From Parcubacteria group bacterium GW2011_GWA2_47_21 (GTDB taxonomy: Bacteria; Patescibacteriota; Minisyncoccia; Phycocordibacterales; DSPV01): a DNA stretch of 57,621 bases. Under the pieces are notes generated by a model. It was not told where the DNA came from and ran no database searches. It worked only from the letters and a program-made list of their open reading frames with translations. Shown here one piece after another: positions 52,848 to 57,621 of the stretch (position 1 is the stretch's first letter; every line of letters begins with the position of its first letter). The DNA is taken from positions 1 through 57,621 of the forward strand of contig LCOC01000004.1 in the NCBI GenBank assembly GCA_001000545.1, in the 5' to 3' direction. The position numbers and the translations under genes were made by a program.

Positions 52848-54263
52848 ATGAATTACACACCCACCATCGGGTTAGAGCTCCACGCGGAGTTAAAAACTCT
52901 GACAAAAATGTTTTGTAACTCCAAGAATGACCCCAATGAGGAAAGGCCGAATGTAAATGTCTGCCCAATTTGCCTCGGCCATCCTGGAACATTGCCGACC
53001 ATAAACAAAGAAGCGGTTAAACACATCTTGAAAATCGGTTTAGCCGTCGGCGGCCAACTAGCTGATTTTTCTGAATTCGACCGGAAGAATTATTTTTATC
53101 CTGACATTTCCAAGGGTTATCAAATTAGCCAGTATAAGCGGCCGTTGGTCCAAGGCGGAGAGCTGGCTGGCGTGAAACTAACCCGCATTCACTTGGAAGA
53201 AGATACGGCCACCTCGCTTCATGATGTAAGCGGCGCTAGTTGCTTGAATTTCAATCGGGCAGGCGTGCCGCTTATGGAACTCGTGACGGAACCCGTTATC
53301 AAGGACGCTAAGACAGCGGTGAGGTTTGCCAAGGAACTCCAGTTGCTGCTCCGTTATTTGGGGATTGCTGAAGCTAACATGGAGAAAGGTGAGATGAGGG
53401 TAGAAGCCAACATCTCGGTTAGTCGAGGTAGCGCTTTAGGGACAAAAGTTGAAGTTAAAAATTTGAACTCGTTTAAATCAGTTGAAAAGGCCATTGAATA
53501 TGAAGTGAAACGTCAAGTAAAAGAGCTTGAGGATGGCGGCAGGGTGGCGCAAGAGACAATGGGGTGGGACGATAATGAAGGGGTTTCTTTCCCCCAACGG
53601 CGAAAAGAGGAGTCGCACGACTATCGTTATTTCCCAGACCCAGATTTGCCAAAATTGCGAATAAAAAAGGTGCCGGAATTTGACAAGCTATTAATTCAAC
53701 AAGGATTACCAGAATTACCGCATCAAAAGCGCGCTTGTTATCTTGAGAAGTGGAATCTCAGGCCGGAGGTAGCTGAAATTTTCGTTCAGAACACAGATTT
53801 AGGCGGATTTTTTGAGAGTGTTGCTCGGAAAATGACGGACAATCAAGCGAATTTGGCGGCGAATTACATAGCGTCTGATTTAGCGGGGCTACTTAACCTG
53901 TCAGTAAATGTTGATTTGCTTAGCACGATTAAAATCGACCCGGAAGATTTCGCCACAATAATTGTGATGGTGGAAGCGGGGAAGATATCGTCCCGAGGAG
54001 CGAAGGATTTAATCCGCATTGTTTTCGAGAGGGGAGGAAATCCGGAGGACGTTGCGAAAGAAACGGGTTTGATTCAGGAAAGCGGGGAGAGTGCATTGGC
54101 TCGAGTCGCGGAAGAGACGATTAAACAAAATCCAAAAGTCGCTTCGGATTACCAGAACGGCAAAGAAGCGGCCCTCCAATTTCTTGTGGGTCAGGGAATG
54201 AAAATTAGCCGCGGTTCGGCGAATCCGGAAATACTCCGTTTGGTGTTGAAAAAAAAGTTATAG
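52848..54263 (+). CDS. gatB: Asp/Glu-tRNA(Asn/Gln) amidotransferase subunit B
   Basis: IGLELHAELKT, CPICLGHPGTLP, FDRKNYFYPD, RIHLEEDT, VEVKNLNSF, DYRYFPDPDLP. Start trimmed to ATG 52848. Confidence 0.9.
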   Translation: MNYTPTIGLELHAELKTLTKMFCNSKNDPNEERPNVNVCPICLGHPGTLPTINKEAVKHILKIGLAVGGQLADFSEFDRKNYFYPDISKGYQISQYKRPLVQGGELAGVKLTRIHLEEDTATSLHDVSGASCLNFNRAGVPLMELVTEPVIKDAKTAVRFAKELQLLLRYLGIAEANMEKGEMRVEANISVSRGSALGTKVEVKNLNSFKSVEKAIEYEVKRQVKELEDGGRVAQETMGWDDNEGVSFPQRRKEESHDYRYFPDPDLPKLRIKKVPEFDKLLIQQGLPELPHQKRACYLEKWNLRPEVAEIFVQNTDLGGFFESVARKMTDNQANLAANYIASDLAGLLNLSVNVDLLSTIKIDPEDFATIIVMVEAGKISSRGAKDLIRIVFERGGNPEDVAKETGLIQESGESALARVAEETIKQNPKVASDYQNGKEAALQFLVGQGMKISRGSANPEILRLVLKKKL

Positions 54264-54287
54264 TGAACTTGATTGAATCCATTTCTT

Positions 54288-54315
54288 AAAAATCTCCGCG
54301 CCGGCGGAGATTTTT
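54288..54315. terminator. bidirectional rho-independent terminator between gatB and the transposase gene
   Basis: aaaa-atctccgc-gccg-gcggagat-tttt. Confidence 0.7.
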
Positions 54316-54342
54316 GTTGATTCATCGGTTTCGCGTGATTAT

Positions 54343-55017
54343 TTAAATTAGATGAATCGCCCCCAAATTTTTATCTCTTTCTTTGGCGGTGCTGGAATCC
54401 ACAAATTTTCTGTAATCAACTTTTTTGTTTTTAAATTGGCTGGAAATTATTTCGGTATCAAGCAGGTCGCCGAAACGATTTTCTTTTATGTAATCAGTAA
54501 AACTTCCGTATGGGTAGTCGGGGAGAGCGGCGCGCCACTCTTTTAGGCCTCGCGGGTTTTTGTGAACATAAGCGCTTAGATGGAGAAGCTGGGTGTTGCT
54601 TTCTACCCGTACGGCTTTGTAAGCGCCTTGGAAAAGGTGGCCAGTGCGTCGGTACTTCGTATTGAAATATTTCACATAAGCGTTTTGGATGCGGTGCAGG
54701 TAATTTGCCATACCGCCCTCTTTTTCTTCTCTGACAATTAAGTGGAAGTGGTTGGGCATTAAACAGAAACCTATTAAGGTAACAACTCGTTTGGCAACAA
54801 TTTCATTCACCCGCGATGCTCGGCGAGAAAATTGACGCGAGAGGGCGTAATGAGCCACGCTTCTCACGGTATTGTTTAGCGGCAGGGAAGATTGCGCGTG
54901 GAGCACAAGATAGAGAAAACGGACGAAGTCACGCTCATCTAGAAAAATAGGTTTCAGGTCGGTGCCTCGGTTTAAGATGTGATAAATTTCCCCGGGGGCG
55001 ATTACTGGTTTACGCAT
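54343..55017 (-). CDS. IS200-like / REP-associated tyrosine transposase (RAYT, Y1 HUH family)
   Basis: IYHILNRG, FCLMPNHFHLIV (HUH motif) and RTGHLFQGAYKAV (catalytic Tyr region). 224 aa. Confidence 0.75.
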   Translation of the reverse strand: MRKPVIAPGEIYHILNRGTDLKPIFLDERDFVRFLYLVLHAQSSLPLNNTVRSVAHYALSRQFSRRASRVNEIVAKRVVTLIGFCLMPNHFHLIVREEKEGGMANYLHRIQNAYVKYFNTKYRRTGHLFQGAYKAVRVESNTQLLHLSAYVHKNPRGLKEWRAALPDYPYGSFTDYIKENRFGDLLDTEIISSQFKNKKVDYRKFVDSSTAKERDKNLGAIHLI

Positions 55018-55025
55018 AACTTTAT

Positions 55026-55062
55026 CCTATTTCACTTGACACCGAGTGTCAAGTGAAATAGG
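55026..55062. repeat. perfect 17-bp hairpin (3-nt loop) immediately 5' of the transposase gene
   Basis: cctatttcacttgacac-cga-gtgtcaagtgaaatagg, 9 nt from the transposase start codon. This is the position expected for an IS200/RAYT-recognised hairpin. Confidence 0.85.
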
Positions 55063-55302
55063 GGAAAATTGGCCGGCAAGGACTTGTTTTGCGGAATTTT
55101 TTTACTGCGACATTTCTTAATTCTTTCAGGAGCGGGGACGAAAAGAGTAGTTGGGGAAGCGGAAAATCTACTTACACAATTAATTTCAACACATGTAAAG
55201 GGAAAATACTCATTTTAAAAAAATCTCAAAAATCCACCCGCCTTGAAGGTAAAAAATTACCCAAAAGAATGGTCATAATTCCTTTACGAGGATTTGAGAA
55301 TT

Positions 55303-55599
55303 CCGAGATGACGATTTTTAAGGATAAAATCGTACGTTTTTCGCGTTTCTCAACTAAAATTTTTTTTAGATTTTGTAGGATAAATCATTTTGGATTCTCA
55401 TAATTTTTAAAATATTTAGAGATTTTATAAAAAAAGATCCCCGAGATGGAAATTATCCACATTTTTGAACGAATTTTATCAATCCGAGATGAAAATTCTA
55501 GTAAAATGTATAGGTCCTAAAGAGAACCTAGAAATGCGGAAAAAATCTTTAATTATTAAGGGAAAAAAATTCATCTCGGCAAAGCAAGCCGCCGAGATG
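55303..55599 (+). promoter_or_regulatory. cluster of CCGAGATG words upstream of and inside the 5' end of the HTH-fibre gene
   Basis: CCGAGATG at 55303, 55441, 55484 and 55592, with the reverse complement at 55572-55579. The three upstream copies share CCGAGATG-N3-ATT. Confidence 0.4.
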
Positions 55600-57621
55600 A
55601 CTGCTTATACCAGCGATTATGTCGGACAGCTTTGTCGCGGACAGAAAGTGGAGGCAATCAGAGTGGGAAAATCCTGGTATATTTCTTCTGAATCCATACT
55701 TTCCCACAAAGCGGAAAACTTGGATTGGCGAGGCGGAGAAAAAGCGCCAAAAGGACACAAAGTTAAGAGGGTGGAAAAACCGGCCATATTCCACCCAGAG
55801 CCCTTAAAAAGACGAGATCAAGATATCTCGGTTTTTAATACCGATAAAGTTTCTAGCAAGAACACTGTTCCGAGACCGATTTTTACAGAAAGTTCTTTCA
55901 GTGGTGCCGGTCCGGATTTAATTCCAAGAATTGGTGATGATTGGTCGTCAAGCGATTTAAATCACTTGCGTCGCGCCGAGATTGAAAATGAGATTGGTTT
56001 GGTGGCGAGTAATTTACTTCCCGCAGTCCGCAAAAGTAAAACTGAAGCGTTACGGACGAGGACTTCCGACTTTTTTAATAAAACATCAAAGATTCCCGGC
56101 GAACTTTGGAACAAGTACACTGAAACTTTAGAGAAGGGCGCATTTGTTTGGCTGGCAGTTGCTTTGGTTTTTGGGAATTTCTTTTTCGGCAAGTTTTTGA
56201 TTGCCGACGGCGGCTACGAGAAATTGTCCGGCAGATTTTCTCAAGTCGCTTCTATTACCGGACAGAAACTTGCCGATTTTGATTTCGCTGACGTTGCCAG
56301 CTCTTTCAAAAAAACAGCGGACTTTCTCGTCTCGGTTCCAGAGAAAGCTCCCGCTTTGGCTTCTTCGGGCCTTAACGCTTTCTCTGATTGGACAAAAAGT
56401 TTCTTTGATTCCGGAGAAAGGTTCAGTTATCGCGCAAGCAATTTAATCGCCAAAGAATTTCTAAATCTTGAAGAGAAGGCCAGATCGATTACTCTGTCGG
56501 AATCGCGGGCGATTGCCACTTTGCCGGTTGAGATCGCAGAGGAGGCAGCCCGAAGCGTCAACCACACGATTGATACCGGCGTATTCAAGGCAGTAGATGG
56601 CGTGATTTCAATCAAAAATCGCGGGATTGATTTCTTCGCTTCTCTTTTTGGTGGCAATGGTGCGGTTTTGGAAAAGCAAATTATTGTCCGAGAAGGAGGC
56701 CCATCGGTTGTTGTAAGAACATCAGTGCCGCAGGTCTCCAAGCCCCTCGCCGTATCCGGTGCGGTTGACCGGATAATCATGGAGCGGGTAGTTTCTGGCG
56801 TTACATCGGACGATCTGGAGACGCGGCTCAATCAACTTGAGAACAAGTTGATGTCCCAAATGTATAAAATTACCGCTGACATCAAAGGCAATGCCACCTA
56901 CATTTCCAATGTTCACAACATAGTGAGCCAAACCAACCGGATAGATATGCTGACGAGCGTTGATATCACCGACTCCACTTGGACCAGCGGTTCTATCTCG
57001 AGCGACAATATCTCGGGCACTTTCCGCGGCAACATTGAAACCGATAATTTCACCTTAAACGGTGTCGGCGCTGACATGATTATCACCACTAACGGGAGTC
57101 GCAGATTAGTCGCCTCTTCTACGCCGCAAGTCGCTTCGATTAACGCCACTTCCACAAACGCAACCTCCACCTTCGCCGGTGGCTTGACCCTCGGCACCAA
57201 CGGTTTTGTTTTTGATTTTTCATCAACCAATGTGGGTATTGGCACGACATCGCCGCTTTCCAAATTGGACCTTCACGGTAACCTGATTCTTTCCGGTTCT
57301 GGCCGATATATAAATTTTGGAGACGCGGTTGGTTCCATAGGGTACGGCATTCGCGATTCTTCTGGCACCTTGGAGTTTAAAAATTCTGGTGGCGGGTGGA
57401 CTGGGTTTGGTACTGGTTCTGGTGGTGGTTTTGGCCAAACCTTTGAACTCCTCACCTCCAATGGCATCCAAGCGCTCACTCCAACAACTTCAGTGGCCGT
57501 CTCTCTGCCTGGCACCACCCTATACCTCGGCACCGGTCTGGCCACTTCCACCCTCACGAGTTCAGCAGGGAAGTTAGGCCTCGGCTCCTCTTCGCCCTTC
57601 GCCGTTTTTTCCATCTCGCCC
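55534..57621 (+). CDS. large membrane-anchored surface protein: N-terminal excisionase/MerR-type HTH, one TM helix, extracellular fibre-repeat region (3' end outside window)
   Basis: This ORF is not in the ORF track because no stop is reached. My translation from ATG 55534 is open for 696 codons to the window end. It reads MRKKSLIIKGKKFISAKQAAEMTAYTSDYVGQLCRGQKVEAIRVGKSWYISSESI (HTH), then GAFVWLAVALVFGNFFFGKFLI (TM), then GGLTLGTNGFVFDFSSTNVGIGTTSPLSKLDLHG and KLGLGSSSPFAVFSISP modules. Confidence 0.7.
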   Translation, partial: MRKKSLIIKGKKFISAKQAAEMTAYTSDYVGQLCRGQKVEAIRVGKSWYISSESILSHKAENLDWRGGEKAPKGHKVKRVEKPAIFHPEPLKRRDQDISVFNTDKVSSKNTVPRPIFTESSFSGAGPDLIPRIGDDWSSSDLNHLRRAEIENEIGLVASNLLPAVRKSKTEALRTRTSDFFNKTSKIPGELWNKYTETLEKGAFVWLAVALVFGNFFFGKFLIADGGYEKLSGRFSQVASITGQKLADFDFADVASSFKKTADFLVSVPEKAPALASSGLNAFSDWTKSFFDSGERFSYRASNLIAKEFLNLEEKARSITLSESRAIATLPVEIAEEAARSVNHTIDTGVFKAVDGVISIKNRGIDFFASLFGGNGAVLEKQIIVREGGPSVVVRTSVPQVSKPLAVSGAVDRIIMERVVSGVTSDDLETRLNQLENKLMSQMYKITADIKGNATYISNVHNIVSQTNRIDMLTSVDITDSTWTSGSISSDNISGTFRGNIETDNFTLNGVGADMIITTNGSRRLVASSTPQVASINATSTNATSTFAGGLTLGTNGFVFDFSSTNVGIGTTSPLSKLDLHGNLILSGSGRYINFGDAVGSIGYGIRDSSGTLEFKNSGGGWTGFGTGSGGGFGQTFELLTSNGIQALTPTTSVAVSLPGTTLYLGTGLATSTLTSSAGKLGLGSSSPFAVFSISP

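Noticed and set aside
55089-55403. 104-aa + strand ORF in the AT-rich spacer between the transposase and the fibre gene.
   Set aside because: TTG start, no RBS, low-complexity K/F/S-rich sequence, and the region is better explained by CCGAGATG repeats and hairpins.

Overview
This window looks like a compact, AT-rich-spacer bacterial genome, possibly Patescibacteria/CPR-like. That placement is an inference from gene style only. All calls come from reading motifs; no similarity search was run.

Nt 1 to about 41.9 kb is one large accessory cell-surface glycan island. It contains:
- a nucleotide-heptose activation and modification set (HddA-like GHMP kinase, HddC-like nucleotidyltransferase, several extended SDRs, RmlC-type cupins, a GDP-fucose-synthase-like reductase, Gfo/Idh/MocA oxidoreductases);
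- GT2 and GT9 glycosyltransferases;
- six methyltransferases, a NodU/CmcH carbamoyltransferase and a 2-hydroxyacid dehydrogenase;
- an MsbA/PglK-type ABC exporter;
- a NeuB-like ulosonic-acid synthase fused to a cupin, next to a decayed CMP-sugar synthetase;
- a kinase plus DMT permease pair;
- an O-antigen-ligase-like (Wzy_C) protein with TPR repeats;
- two secreted Ser/Thr-rich or peptidoglycan-binding proteins.

The most unusual element is five diverged full-length paralogs of an unassigned ~460-aa GT-B-like family interleaved with the decoration enzymes.

Nt 42.3-54.3 kb is housekeeping: murB, secA, gpmA, eno, an AI-2E permease, a TVP38-like protein, MYG1, obg and gatB. secA carries an in-frame low-complexity insertion with a heptamer tandem repeat.

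The 3' end holds an IS200/RAYT-like Y1 transposase with a perfect 17-bp hairpin. After it comes a large HTH-TM-fibre-repeat surface protein that runs off the window. That ORF is absent from the ORF track, as is the 5' extension of the first gene.

Spacers carry families of long imperfect palindromes built from shared words, plus several structured non-coding segments I cannot assign. No rRNA, tRNA or CRISPR array was recognised.
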